This document shows positions 24,476 to 38,916 of a DNA stretch of 64,000 nucleotides, in pieces (position 1 is the stretch's first letter; the number at the start of each line of letters is the position of its first letter). Source of the stretch: Glaucostegus cemiculus. Taxonomy: Eukaryota. Where the stretch lies: positions 11,656,001 to 11,720,000 of the forward strand of contig CDPCPM010000050.1 in NCBI GenBank assembly GCA_976551045.1, given 5' to 3'. A program made the position numbers and the translations under genes. Below the pieces are notes generated by a model that was given only the letters and a program-made list of their open reading frames with translations, was not told where the DNA came from and did no database searches.

Positions 24476-25299
24476 TCTTTTTAGATTCAGTTGAACCAGA
24501 CTCAGGTGTGTCCTCAGTGCATCAGTGTTTCTGCAGGAGGATATCTGGTCATGGAATGTGTTGTCAATCTGTGGCTCAGCAGAAAATCTTCAAGATAATC
24601 CTTCGTGGTGAGGCCCCAATCTGCCTCCCATGACTTGCTTCTTTAACGCCTCCTTTAACTGTACTGACTGATCTCTCAGCTGCCCTGTTTTGAGTTAGGA
24701 TGATAATGAAAAGAACTAAAGTAATGTCTGATTCCATTTTACTCCACAAATTTCAAATTGAAATGACTGAAGTTGCAAACCATTATTTCATGCAATGCCC
24801 TCAGCATGTTCCATAAATGTGAATCTGAGTCTCTGGTGTGCTGAGCGCCAGTGTATGATCACATATGCTATACTTCAGTCCATTTTGAATGGCTGTCCAT
24901 ACATACGAGGAAGTTATCCACATCTTCCTCGCAGTAGTTTATGTGAAGGTGTTGGAATGGCCTTGTGATCCATTTTCACATTTGGAATGGTGTTCTCCAG
25001 AGCTAGTGCTCTTGTACACTTTCTGGCTTGCTCTTCTAGCTACTTGCCTATGCCAAGCCAGTATTTTAAGGTACTTCCTGCTGCTTTCAATGCCCATACT
25101 GTCTGATGAAGTTCCTCCATTTTCCTGTTTTGTAGTTCTGTGTGTTTAGTTGGAGACTCCAACATTCCTCAAAAGAAAAGAATTAACTCTGCTTTCACCT
25201 GAAGACAGAGGTCCAGCAGAAAACCTGTGACCTAATGAGCAGATTGTAGATGGAGAGAGTGCAGGATGTTCAGCAACTCACTGGTGAGGAAATCCATTT

Positions 25300-25675
25300 T
25301 GGATGGATAGGCTGGGCTTGTTTTCCCTGGAGCAAAGGAGGCTGAGGGGTGACCTGGTACAGGAATATAAGATAGTGAGAGACATAGATAAGGGAGATAG
25401 ACAAAAACGTTTACCCTGGGTAGGGGTATAAAAAAACAGGAGGGTATAGGTTTAAGGTAAGAAGGAGTCTTAAAGGGGATCTAAGGGTAAGTTTTTTACA
25501 CAGAAGGTACTTGACATCTGGAAGATGCTGCCAGAGGAGCTGGTGGAATCAGATACAAACATTATGTTTAAAATGTCCTAATGTGGGCTAATGGGATTAG
25601 ATGGGATTAAAAAAGTCGTTATAGACACGGTGGACCAAAGTGCTTGTTTCTATGCTGTATGACTCTAGGACTCTA
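25300..25675 (+). mobile_element. CR1 LINE 3' end
   Basis: Translates DRLGLFSLEQRRLRGDLVQEYKIVR; tail gctgtatgactctaggactcta. Confidence 0.88.
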
Positions 25676-25676
25676 T

Positions 25677-26110
25677 ACTACTCCCAGCAGTGCATTCCAG
25701 ACCCTGAATTCTTGTTGCACCAAAAGTCTTTTCCCCGTGTCACTTTTGGCTCTGTTGTGTATATTCTTCATTCTATGTTCCCCAGTTCCTGACCCCACCA
25801 ACAATGCAAACAGTTTCTATCAACTCCATCTGTTATATTTGTTCACAGCTTACTTTGTTCCAAAGAGAACAACACCAGATTCTCCATTTACCCAAATAAT
25901 TAAAATCAATTTGGTTAACCTCTTCTGTACCCCCTCCAAAGCCATTACATCTTTCCTACAGTATGGTGTCCTGAACTAGACTTAAAGCTTCAGTTTTATA
26001 AAGGTTCATCATGACTCCCTTGCTCTTGGATTCTGTGCTTCTGTTTACAAAGCCCAAGATCCCATGTGCTATTTTGACCAGCTTCTCAACCTACCCTGCA
26101 CTTATAATTG
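25677..26110 (-). mobile_element. Older CR1 LINE fragment
   Basis: cagcagtgcattccagaccct...aacctcttctgtaccccctccaaagcc...cctacagtatggtgtcctgaact; homologous to 23870-24330. Confidence 0.75.
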
Positions 26111-29100
26111 AATTATGCACATAAATTCCCACATTTCTCCATTCCCATGCCCTTTTCTCCACATGTACTCCAAGGGTCACAACAGAGCCGCCACAGCTCA
26201 CCAGCCACTTTCACAGGCCACAACATAGAACACTACACAGTCTCCACTAGCACTTCTCCAAGGTCTAAGAAAGACCCCTGCTCTTTTCTCTCCACCTCTC
26301 ACTGGATGCCTGTATTGCATCCCTGAGATTCACTGCTCCTTTTAAGGTGTTCAGGGTGGTCTGGCAATTCCTGGCCAGGCCCCCATAGGCTCATTTTTAC
26401 CTGCCTGGGATAAAAAAGTCTCTTCTACCAAATCCATGGTACATCCATGAACTTGCAAGCAGAACTGCAAGCAAGTATATAACCGCTGGCAACTCTACAC
26501 AAGAAGTGGTACAGAAAGGTATTGGCACAAAAGCCAGTAACGAAACATAGACTTAAAGTATTTGGCAATAAATCCAGGGTGCAATGAGGAGAGAAACAGA
26601 TTCAGGAGTAATGTTGGATAGGGAGCAAAGTATATATTTTCAAAAGTATGAATTGCTGGGCTCTGAGAAAGGAACAGAACAGTGGAACTATCAAATAACT
26701 CTTTCAAAAAGGTAACACAGTCATGAAGGTCTGAATGGCCTCTTTCATTGCTCTACAAATCCAAGTCTTGATCCAACATATATTTTGCTAGTCAGCTCAA
26801 GAGCTAAATTATTGGAAAATTCCAAGGGTATTTCCTGCAACATTACTCTGTACCAGGGAAGTGTGAAGAACCAAATCAAAGAAATAATTTAAAGAGGAAC
26901 AATGAATATAAAGCAGAGAAATATTATTCAAAATATTCAGTCCAGTATAAACAGTGTTTGTTTGGCTTTGTTTGTGCGTGAAACACTAATGGGGCATACA
27001 TTACATGGGAATGTTCATCCTTCAGAGGAATACAATCTGTAAATGGAAGTTTTCATTGCTTTATGACATGCCTATTTACCCAACAGTTTTGCTTATCACA
27101 TATATATTGACAATTTTCTTCTTTTCAATGTTTAAGTAAGTGCTTTCCGGCTTTAGAATATTGTAGCTGTTTTGCAAGTGGTAACGTGTATGTTTCATTA
27201 CTCCAGTAAGTTTCTTAGAATCACCACATCTTTTCCACAAATAGAAAAAAATGTATAAAAACATGAATTATTTGCAAAATGCAAATCGTTATGTGATGGA
27301 CTGTATTTCTGTCCATGTCTTTGAAATGTGACCTTAATGAAATATTTTCAGGGGAACATCACAATGCACCAGTGAGGAGATTAACATTCTTGCTGGAACT
27401 TTGAACACAGCACAAGGTTAGGATGAATCTCGGCATGGGCTCATGTTGCAGTGAAGACTATCTTCTCATATGCAGACCTGTAAATCTGTCAGGGTTCTTA
27501 CTACCCCAAAGGAAGATTTGATTTTTAGTCTTTTCAGCATTGAAGAATGAAGTGAAAATAAATCCTAGTTTAGAGATTGGGAAAGGAATTCCAATCTCTT
27601 GTTTCTTTGTCACAAACCACAGAAAGACATCAGGGAGAAGTGTGTTTTTGAGTTCCAGCAGTTAACATGTGCATGCTAAGTGTATTGATGTTTCACATAT
27701 TCAGTGGGAGTGCCTGTGCTCTCACCTCTATACATTCAAATCCATTGAAGTCAATGGAATCCAATGTGCAGGGGTAAATACAACTTGTGGAAGCCCTGGT
27801 GCCCAAAGACAATATATTTCCCCATTGTTCTGCTAGGTCTATCCTGGCACCAGAAACTTGTCAGTGGGCTGTACAAGGGTATTAAGTGGGTATCCTGGAT
27901 ATAGTTTCACCAGGGAAAACATTTACCAGCACAACTACTTTCTGTTTTAACAAATGCTTTGTTGTCTGGCTGCAACAAAATCAGATTAAACTTGCATCAG
28001 CTGATTTATTTTATCATTTGCTGTTCTTCAGAATTTCTTTCTGCAAGCTCCATGGATCCTCCAGTCAAATGTGGTTGTTAGAATAGAATGACTTTGTGAC
28101 TATATAAGAAATAGAGATGACAGCGTAGAAAGGGTTTCAATTTCAATTAAATTTCTGTAGAAAATGAGAGATGAGCAGGTTTTAAATGTTGCCTTGTATT
28201 GTGCTATATAGCTGCTGCAGAGCTGTTCTTATGAAATGACGTGAAGCTTGTGGCATTACTTAATATCTCAGGCATATTTTATAAATGAGATGCAGAGCTA
28301 CAGTAGATTTTATTACAATCATTGTTTGCAATAAGAGATGCTAATATATTCAAACAGATAAGTACTATATGTTTTCTTCTATCAGCTTAGCTCAACCAGC
28401 TTTAGCTTTGCAAAATCTAAGAGAGTCTGGACTAATAAGTCCTTTCCCAGTGCCCTAATACATTGACGGCACCATTGATTTGATAACCCCTGAAGAGAAA
28501 TAGAAATTAAATGAATCTAAACCAAAAAAGGACTGGATTAATTTAGGTGAATCCACATGTCTCCAATTTAGCCTTTAATGGCTTCATGCAAATAAAACAC
28601 TAATTGTGTTGATGTTTCACCTATTCCATGGGAGAAAGCTATCAACAAAATCTGTCTGCTATCTGTCATCTGCAACATACATTCATACCTTTACATTTTT
28701 GTGCTTTTGTATGTAATGAGCTGAATGCTCAGAAGTGAAATATCTTTAGTTCCCATTTATTTCATCAAGCACTCCTCGATTCAGAACAGGTTAGTTGCAG
28801 GGTAACGTTCTCTTTGTTCTGACCAAACAATATACCTTAACCACACTGTCTGAAAGTAACCCTTTCCTCCAGTTCTGGACTGAGATTGCCAGTCTGAATT
28901 ATGAGTAAATGGCTATTCGAGAACTTGTCCAGAATTCAGAGAGAGGAAGTTTCCACTGGTCAGGTGAGATTGAAGCTATAACCTAGAGGTGAAAGGTCTG
29001 CATACTTTGCTAATTATAACATGCACTCCTCTCTCATTGCTCCTTCTTAAATCTAACAAAAAATTGAGTTCTCCTGCTCTAGTCAGTAAAAATGATGGTG

Positions 29101-29494
29101 AAGAACCTACCTAATATCATAATAATGGTTTTTCAAGATCTGAATATAAAACCATGAGTATGCACGTGAGAAATTGCCATTAAGCCAATATAGCTTTGCC
29201 TACTCATTAGCTCCTTCATAATTCATAGAAGTAAAGCTCTGGTTTTTGTTTAAAGGTTCTCAATATGACTCTGCACTAGAGGTGAAGTTTGTTACCAACA
29301 TACACCTGATTGGGTAGTAGAGAGTTTCTTACTTCACTAATTTTTGCAATTGACTCTAATTTGAATAAATCTTTCCATTTTGACAGTAGTTTTAAAACCA
29401 TTGACAACTAACTTGTCTCTGCTTTTTACATAATCTGTGTGCAGGGGTATACTAGCAGGACTTCTTTTAAAAATAAAAGAAAAGCTTTAAAGTA

Positions 29495-29990
29495 GTGAAT
29501 TTGCATTTATATAACACTTTGTTATGCTCTCAGGATGTCCCAAGGCAACTTAAAAAACTGTTGTGTGCAATCAGTTTTCTGCTCTTCTAAAGATTTGTTA
29601 AAGGAATACTGCACAGGAAGGCAACACCAGTGTTGTGCAAGGACTAAACATTCTCCTGCACTAGGACCAAGGCTTTCTGTGCAGAGTGAACGAGCTGAGG
29701 AAAGGTGGGCAACAGGTCATCTTAAGGAGAGGGTACTGGGGAGAATGGGCTTGAGAGTCACTAGGGGACTGAGCCTGGGGAGGATTGGGCCTTAATTGTG
29801 GGTTCAAAGAGATCAGTGCCATTAGGGGATGGAATATTGGAAATAGGACATCAAAGAATGAGGCATTGTTGGAGAATGTGGGACCATTTGGTGGAAAATG
29901 ACATAATTGGTCTGGGAGCTGGTTGAGGGACCTAACTGGATGCCTAAGGGACACCTGCAATGAAGATTGGGATTGAGCACACAGTACTTA
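29495..29990 (-). mobile_element. L2-like LINE 3' fragment (old)
   Basis: ttgcatttatataacac...caggatgtcccaaggc terminus followed by a purine-rich antisense body. Confidence 0.45.
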
Positions 29991-30439
29991 AGGAGGACCT
30001 ACAGGCAAGAAGATCATTGTCCTGGCATCTTGGACAGTAAACCCGTTAAGCATGCCTCCAGCCTACCTCTTTAAAGCATATCTCCGTTTAAGGCCTGCTT
30101 CACTGTGAGTGGACCCAACAGTCTCAATATGCAAAAGGATTTTCAACCAGCAACATCAAGACATTAGTTGCATGCTGCTTGATATCCTATTTTCAATATT
30201 TCATCCCTAATGCCACTTATACACTTTGAACCAACAATTCTGGAGCAGTCCTCCCCAGCCTCATTCCCCTGGTGGTTCTCAAACTCATTCCCACATCATC
30301 CCCTCCTCAGTATGGTCTGTGGTCTCCCTGATTTCCTCAGCTAGTGCATACTACACAAAATGCCTTGGTCCTGGTGCAGGAGAATGTTTTACTGCCAGAC
30401 TCAGCAGCATACATAACTAAATCCATTTTCTACAGCAGA

Positions 30440-30810
30440 ACATTTTTTACCCCCAGTAAAATAACTAAATCATGCAATGTTCTTTGAGGTGTTACATTAT
30501 AATATAGAAGCCACATGTACAAAGAAAGGCCCCAAAATATCAAATAAATGGATGACTATGTATGATGATAACCAATGATATTCTTTTTATCTGGAAGTTT
30601 TAGGTGAGGAAGAAACTATTGAGGTCTTGAGAAAAACTCTCTATTCTGATAAAACTCGAACCACAATATCTTTTACACGCAACTGCTTCATCCAAAAAAT
30701 GGCACCTCTGACAATGTAGCTGTCTCTCAGTTCGCAATTTCTTGAAAGGAGCTTGAACCCACAAACCCTTCACGTCAGGTGTAAGAATGATACAAAATGA
30801 GCTGAGCTTC
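30440..30810 (-). mobile_element. Ancient Deu-type tRNA-derived SINE (decayed)
   Basis: atcttttacac...catccaaaaaatggcacctctgacaatgtagc...gcttgaacccacaaaccc (Deu core and B-box in antisense). Confidence 0.55.
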
Positions 30811-33599
30811 CACTTTATTTATTCACTTCCGCCAATTTAGATCCATTAGGTATGACAAGCAAGCCTCTGGGTAAGTCCACAGTCTGACGTTTTTAAAATA
30901 AAACGTAATTCTTCTGGTGAGATTCTCATATTAAACGTAATTAGTGAAGGACAAAATCATTAAAATTTTCAGCTGCTGGTATGATTTTATTTAATGATAA
31001 ATGGTGAAAATTTTTATTAGTTTATATGAGGTACTGAGTCTATAAATCTCATTGGGGATCTTAATATCTTTTATCAAATAAAAATGTTGTAAAAATGATA
31101 CTTTCTTGGATTAACTTATTTGGGGGCATGCTTTGGGGCACTCCTGAGAATTGGAAGACCACAGGAAATGCTGTGATAGTTGCAGTTTTAATACGCAAAA
31201 CCTTTCAGATCTCAAGGTCTTTTGCTCCTTTCAGAGTGAATGGAATTAATTTTAGGTGGTATCTGTAAGTGCATCCGTACAAAGGAACTAAAGCAGTTGT
31301 AAAAGAGTGAGTCTCAGCTCATCCCAGTAACTCATTTGCACCCAGACAGAGTGCGTAGGTTCAAGTCCCAAGGTAGCCTGCCACTTTATGCGAGTCTTTC
31401 TGGGCTGCGTAAGCGGAATCAGTTCTGACCCAAGCTGCTGGACTGAGCGCCACATGGATGTCAGGCATTTTATCATGGGGGAAGGACTGTGATTATCCAT
31501 GTGAATCACGCTTTCTGCTGGGTAATCATAGCAGGAAATGGAGAGCAGTAGAGGGGATGACAGCACCTCAGGCCATCCCGCCTTCCTGGCTAGGAGAGGG
31601 TGTGCAGTAATTTAATGGGTAAAGTACGGAAGAAAATACAAAACAGCAGAGAATCCCAGGCATTAATCCTCTTTTTTGTTCCCTTCCTTGGAAAACATAA
31701 AGATTGTAAACCTGTTATACGCTTTATTTTGGGGCATAAAATACTCCCATTCTTAAACAGAGGCACTTTGGAATAGTACTGCAGCATATCCATTTATGAG
31801 GCTGCTTGTGGAACCATGCAAAAAAACAGATTATGAGAAGGTGTTTTATGTGATTCTATGGCAGCAAAGAAGCCAGAAAGTATTTACTTTGTTCTGCAGG
31901 CTGCAGTATTTCATGAGCCTTTATTACATGGGTTTATGATCATTCTGAACACTCCTATTTGGCATTCCTAAATTAGGATGCTTCACATGATAATGACTCT
32001 TAATAATTTTTGACTAGTATGCTTAGGAAATTAATGTTTGCAGAAAAAAGAATGTATTGGAGTGGTTTTTTTCCATAAAGGATTGACTGTTGAATTAAAA
32101 TTTGGGCCAACGATATTGAAGTCAAAATGAAAACATATGTCATTGCTTAAAATAAGCTGTGGCAATGTAAATTATTAGCAGAGGTTTAGTCTGAGGTAAA
32201 AACATGAAAACTAAAGCAGCCCAGTAGAGTTCTGCTTCTTTTAAATAAGAATCAAAGAGTGCCTGTTCTCTGTAGGGTTTCCTTTCTAATGAATGCTGCC
32301 TTCCACTGGCAGATTATCTCTTTGTGTTATGATATAGTTCAGGTGTGCGGAAGCTGCCTGCAAATAGGGGCCTCCTGCTAGGCCAGACCTAACAGCAGGT
32401 GGAGATTTTTGCATTTGAGGTGTTGATAACAGTGACCCTTGGTGTCCTTTTGTGCTTCATTGGTCAGGCATGAAAGAGAGGCTTGGAGAAATTGTCACAT
32501 TAAAACTAACAGCCCAGACTGGGGCATCCTCTTCCAGCAGCTCAGCCTTGGATGAGGGCTGAAGTGATAAAGTGATTATCCAAGGGGGGATCAGTTCATT
32601 TGTCAAAGCAGTGAGAGGCTTCAATCATCAATAATACATCTCTCTAAAGACCAATATGAAGGTTATCTAAATAGGATGGACCTGATCTAACCCATGCATT
32701 GAGGTCTCAAGGCTTTCCCGAACATTTATGGCTATTTGATTAGCCCATTCTTAAGGAAAAAATAATGACTAGCTGCTTGCTTAATGGCTAAAGAGGCCAA
32801 TTCTTTGCTTTACAAACCTTTGGTCTGTACAGTGTATTCCATCTGCTTTAAGTAGATAAAATTGCATAATGAGCTGATATGCATATTATGAACTCAGAGT
32901 TTCTTCAACTAGAATTTATGTTTTTCTTAGCTTTATAAGAGATGCAAACAAAAAATCCAGACGTGCTTTATCGGATAAATGAAACCTATTCCCAGTGGTT
33001 AAGTCCTGTACTCTCATGTGAGAGAAACTCCAGTGTTTTAATCCACTGCTTGTGAAGCAGAACAGGAAATCGGAAATTAAATATATGCATCATATCTACA
33101 CAGCTTATTCTGCATCCATCTATAAAGCAGATTTTTTTTTCCTGGTGTGAAATGGAGAAGTTTGGAATCCAATCGGTAGTTATATCATTCTCACACAGGT
33201 GACTTGTTGATAAATTTCCTATATACACAAATTGTCATATTATCAGTTGTGTTAGTGGTGGTTCACGTTGATCAGTTCTGTTGCACACATGGCTGATTAT
33301 ACGTAGAGTCATTATGCTACAGTTTATTCCATGTGTACAATGGATGATATTTGGTTAATTAACAGACTGTATTTTGACAGTGACAGTGGGAGGAGCATTT
33401 TCCTCACTCTTCACTGTGTTTTCTTAAAGGCATTAGTCTAGATATTGTGTATGGAAACATGCAATAAAATGCCATTGCACAGTGGACTGGCTCCACTTCC
33501 TTCCGGGATCATGAGGGAGGAATTTCTAACTTGCTCTCCGTACAAGGGTTCCTGAATCTTAAGCACATTTATGTATTGCAATCACAGGTCATTTCCAGA

Positions 33600-34450
33600 A
33601 TTCTGAATTTAGTTGCTTAATCTCCCACCATGGTGGGAGCTTGTAAAGCAGCAGCTCTTAATGGGTACAGCGCTTCCGTTAGTGAGATTAAAATGGATTG
33701 ACTGCACCAGGAGATGGGAATAGGGAAACCATGTCTCTGTTGGACCATTGGATTTTGTGGCAGGGGAGCTGAGTACTTGTGGAAAGTGTTGTAGTTGTCC
33801 TCCCCACTCTCCACCGTTCCACCAAAGAGAGGAGGCCTTACACTGAACACAATGTTCTCCAGTCCATTGGTGCAGATTTGATAGCTGGCTCCTGTGGCAG
33901 ACTCCCTGATAATGACTTACATTAGAATGGGTTCCTCACCTCTATTTTCACAGCTCCAAGATGAGATATGCACTGCAATTCATTTGATGTAATTCCCACA
34001 CACCCAGTGACTCCACTGGTGGACCGGTGTGAAGTGACTCTTGATGCAGCATATCTAAGGCTGAGAATACAGTGTGGCGCACTGCTCACTGAACAGAAAT
34101 GATGGTTCTGGCCGCCAAAACATAAAGAAAGGGAATGAACGACAAAGCCTAATGAGTAGTACATCAGAGGGAATGTTAAGCTGCTGGTGGGGGAAAGGAA
34201 GGGGAACGGTTTAAAATGACAAGGTGGGGAAGTCGGTAGATTCAGAACTCCTGCCAAATTTGGCAGCATCTCAGTATCAATGTTTAGATCCATTTCCCAC
34301 TCGGCAGTTGGCCATGTTGACAGCCTGGTTAGCAAACGGGAGTGAAGACAAGGGGCCGGAGGCTGCAGCTCATTCAGTGTAGCAACCAGCTTTAAATCAA
34401 TTCTGTGTCCTACCATTTCACTGAAGAAACCTCAGACGCCATGACATCCA
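33600..34450. mobile_element. Possible PIF/Harbinger DNA transposon remnant
   Basis: GC-richer block. Minus strand has an SW-VQ...FN Myb/SANT-like trace near 33680-33715; plus strand has FTEET near 34417, resembling the HARBI N-terminal RF.KE. Weak. Confidence 0.3.
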
Positions 34451-34920
34451 CCACCATAAAACAACAAAGCATGTGCAGTAGCAAACTCATGTTTCACATA
34501 TTTGAGAGTTTGACCCATTCTATTCACACTAACCCTCTCCATCCCACCTTGGAGGGTCATGCTGCATATTTTGGAAGTGAGTGGAGATGATCAGTTCAGT
34601 CAATGGTACTCATTAACAAAGCACATCCAGGTTCCCCACACAGCAACCTGCATTTATACAACACTGTTAACACAAAGCCACATAAGGATCTTTCAGGACA
34701 GCTGACCAAAATCTCATTTATTGAGGGTGTTTATGGAGGAAAGGTAGTTAGATTGGGAACATTTGAAGGCATGATCTTTAATGGTAAAGGAATTATAATC
34801 ACACTTGATCATTAGGTGATGAGGCCAATTGAATTCAGCTAACTTCGCACATATCATTAAAGACATTCTTTCATTCTTTCTTTGTTTACAATGTTCAGTT
34901 TTGCTCCAAACATTCTATTT

Positions 34921-35215
34921 AAGATAAGGTATCTTTATTAGTCACATGTACATCAAAACACACAGTGAAATGCATCTTTTATGTAGAGTGTTTTGGGGCC
35001 AGCCCACAAGTGTTGCCACACTTCCGGCGCCAACATAGCATTCCCACAACTTCCTAACACATACGTCTTTGGAATGTGGGACGAAACCAGAGCACCTGGC
35101 GAAAACCCACGCAGACACAGGGAGAACATACAAACTCCTTCCAAACAGTGGCCGGAATTGAACCCAGGTTGCCAGCGCTGTAATAGCATTACACTAACCG
35201 CTACACTGCAATGCC
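34921..35215 (-). mobile_element. V-SINE (tRNA-derived head, V domain)
   Basis: Antisense head gtgtagcggttag...gggttcaattcc (A/B boxes); V core gagtttgtatgttctccctgtgtctgcgtgggttt; tail gatgtacatgtgactaataaagata. Confidence 0.92.
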
Positions 35216-35244
35216 TGCATATCACACTGAGCATACATAATTTG

Positions 35245-35365
35245 AACTTGCTGACCTGAAACATTGACTGGTTTCTCTTTTAACAGATGCTGCCTGACTG
35301 GGTGAGTTCTTCCAGGATTTCTGTTTTTGTTTCAGATTCCAGCATCTGCAGTTTTATTTGTTTTC
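35245..35365 (+). mobile_element. Penelope-like pseudo-LTR
   Basis: gacctgaaacattgactggtttctc...cagatgctgcctgactgggtgagttcttccagg...agattccagcatctgcagtttt. Confidence 0.8.
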
Positions 35366-37534
35366 CTTCACTTCTACCAAATCCAACTCTCCATCTGGTT
35401 TTAAAATAATACACTTACAATGTCACTAAAGAATGGAATTTGAGAATTTTCACATTTTTTTTGCTGGTAACTGTTGTTTCAAAATTGGTTCCCACGTTCC
35501 TCATATAGTGACTGCCCTCCAAAAATTAAATAATTGGCTGTAAGCTTCCTTGGACCAAACAACAGTCACATTGATCATATGTAAGCATGTACCTCTTACA
35601 ATTTTTTTTATATTCTACTTCCGCATTTTTATGGTTCAGGCACTATTGGAAGGCCAAGGCCTATAAAGAAATGTATTCCTTTGTATTCTATCCAAGTGCA
35701 GTAAACAATGGTGTTAGCTAAATCTATAAGCATCCAGTGTGCTGGGCATGTTGTAGGGCAGCTGCTAAGCTGGCAGCTCTATTGTTTGCAAAGTGTTGCA
35801 GCAAAATCATCAAATATTTATTGGCTAGTGAGGAGTTCAAGGAAAAAAATCCAAGCCTTTTCCTGACTCTCTTGCTTTCAAAGGGATTTTCTTTAAATTG
35901 GTAAGTGCCAATTGGAAGTTAAATTGAGTTATATGAGCCAGATATCATTAAATGAACTGAATTAATCTCAACAGATAGCTATTATCAAAACTGCTGCAAC
36001 GATCCTGGCATCTTGACAGAGTATGTTAGTCCAGATCCTTCATGCTCTTGGGCTGGGCTTAATATTTTCCCCAGTCTGGAGCCCTGGATGATGTCATCTA
36101 TACTCACTGTTCATACTTGACTCTGTATTTTTTGATTATTTGGAAATAAAGATATTGCTAGGGGAAGTATTGCTTTCCCCACCAATTTATTTTCCTATCT
36201 GTTGAGTTGTACTGAGTCTTGCTGCTATTCCCACTAGTTTTCCTTAGACACAACATACTGTGCTTTCCATGGGTGATCTTATTTGGATCGTGAGTGTTTG
36301 CAACCAGGCAAACCTGATGTCCACATACCAGCATGTCCCAGCAGGGGTCAGTGGAGAGCATATTTCCCTTACGGTTGAAGTTGAGCACAACTGCATCAAG
36401 TTTACAGTCACCTACAGCAGATTAAGTTTTAAAAGTTGTTGTAATGACAAGATCCTTTCCTAAAGGTATTGTTTTCTGAGACATATTTGTATCACCTCGT
36501 GGCAGATGTACTTTGAAACTAAACTGATTGTTAGAGTCTTTTTTAATCAACTTAGCAACTGAAACAAATTATTTGGAATTCATTTTGAAGAGATTTTTAT
36601 GTGATCATAATAATCAACCTGCCTTTGCAGAAGTTAGGAATTAGGCCAAGGCTGGCAGATTGTTCATACTAGAATGTTCAAACGTGTTATTTTGAAATGA
36701 ATTAGATGTTTGTCTTATGAGAAGAAAAATCTGGGAAATAATATTTTCATAACCTTGACTTGTATTGATTGACTCACTCTGCCTCAATGTGTTTGTACTT
36801 GGGGTTTGCACATACCTTTTCATAAAAACATGTTGTTTTTCAGTAAATGATCATTGAAGAGCTTTATATGTACAAAGTCATTTTTAATCAACGTATTCAA
36901 TTCGCTTTGTTTTTTTCTTGAAGGAAAGTAAATGCTTGTGTGTGTAAAGTAATATCAGGCAACAACATTTTGTGTGTATCTTTGCATAGGCAAATTACAA
37001 CAAAAACAGGTAGCTGTAACCATAATCTAGTTAATGCCTTCACTGAGCAACACTGCTCACTGCCATAGCCAGCACCAATTGTTGTGAAACTGGGTTCATC
37101 TTTTCCTTAATGTTCTGTTGCTTCTCATTCATTAGAGTCATTGATGTATCCATGCTTATGCTTCGAGATCTGTTATTTCAAACAAAAACCCTGATGCAGA
37201 AGACACAAACGTCTAAAGGGCCCGAGGCTAGAGTGCACCTCAGGCTCACATGCACTACAAATCTACAGCAGAAACGGGTGCATGTTGAATACCCTCCAAA
37301 CTGGTCCCAGGGTAACACAACCCCTCTAACACTGAAAGTTGACAAATGGAGCTGCCTGGTAGCCAAAGGCTCAATGTTCAAACAAATCCATGATATCAAC
37401 AGTTCCCCATCTCACCATGAGGTTAAAATACAGATCAATACATAATGTGATCACAGGCACCCTGATCGCAAAGGATTACTATACTTGAATGTATAGTTTG
37501 AAGAAACATTCAAAAGAAACATTTGTAAATTCCA

Positions 37535-38380
37535 TATGCTGAGATTTTGAGCCTGACCGGTGTGAATTTCCTAGATGTTTATACTGGGAGAGCACTGGAA
37601 TTGGACTGCAAGTCACATGATCAAGAGGCAGTCATGTTGGTGATTAAACAAAATATCTGTGGCTTCACCTCCGTTTGTGTGGGCTTAAGCCAGCCTTGTT
37701 GGGGAAAAAGCAAATCCAAAATTTAACTTCCTCCTGACATATGGTTCAGATGCAGACAGACTGATTCTTCGTTGCTGGGAGTGTGACAGCCAGGCGACGT
37801 GAGGCCTCAGCAGTGACTAGGCATCAGGTGGGGCATTGCTGATGCCCTGTACCCCAGAAAGCCCTGACAGTCCTTTGGACAGGAGCCCAAGCTGAAAGTG
37901 GAGCTGTGCCCTCTATCAACACTGTCAAGGCTTTGTAACAGCTTTGTAATTTCTCTTTCATTTAAATCATTTATAAAAATAAAAAAATATTTTTATAAAA
38001 CTCAGTTACAGATAACTAAAACGTTGGAGCATTATGAAATATTAAAACAAAGGTAACCAAGTAAAACAAAACTGAGATTAACTTATTTTTTCTTATTTAA
38101 TCTACAGGGTCAGGAATCCCCATTGAAATGAAAGGGGTGTTGCTTCTATGCCAGGTCTGGCTGGCATAGGATCAGCGAGGTTGATTTGCCAGCATAATGA
38201 CTTCCTTACCTGGAAGTGACTGAATGTCGGCAGTTTGCTGGCCCCCAACACCTCATTGTGACCCATCTTCTCATTATTAAAGTGTTGGTTATGATACTCT
38301 GTTCTTTGGGTTGGATGGGGTTATCCTCTTCAATGTAACTCAGACCCCATCATGCAGAACATTCCAGAATTCTCAAACCT
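37535..38380. mobile_element. Probable old non-autonomous DNA transposon remnant
   Basis: GC-richer flanks around an AT-rich core (37960-38100) and a cccattgaaatgaaaggg quasi-palindrome. Termini not resolved. Confidence 0.3.
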
Positions 38381-38916
38381 GCTGTCTGTGGAAGAAATCT
38401 TTCAAATGCTCCTTTTAAAATATGCATGATATGCTATAAAATAATAACAAATAGCTGGTGGTGATTTTAAGGCAGCAATTCAGCCTTAAAATTTGTTTAA
38501 TCTTCATAAACCACTTGAGCTTTATGCCATTGTCAGAGCCAGCCAATTAACTTGGTACCTGCCATTTATTATCCTCTATTTCATGATAGCTTTGTAATTT
38601 TAGTTCATAATTTCTATTTAAATTATGAATATCAAAAAAGCTAAAGCCAATTATGTTGGAAAATGTGGTTAAATGACACTGTTGATTTTCATTTACAAAA
38701 TCTGTGCTTCATTTGAACCCCCTAAATAACAATCTGTCTGCTTTGATCTTCGAGGAGGATAGAATATTTCAACATGTCAGTGTTCTACAAATTAGCCACC
38801 TTGTCATCCTGAGCAACAATGAAGGCTGTTTTTAACGGTTGTGTTCCATCTCTGTTATTCTCAAATCTGTTCCTTTATTTTGTTCTCCTCTACCACCAAC
38901 GCACCACACCAGCTCT

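Noticed and set aside
31300-31600. Possible LF-SINE-like ancient SINE fragments (also near 36200-36400 and 42060-42380)
   Set aside because: Only short motif similarities from memory; too diverged to assign without a profile search.
33922-34416. Longest ORF in the track (164 aa, minus strand)
   Set aside because: Non-ATG start, no recognisable domain, and it sits in a GC-richer probable transposon relic where chance ORFs are longer.
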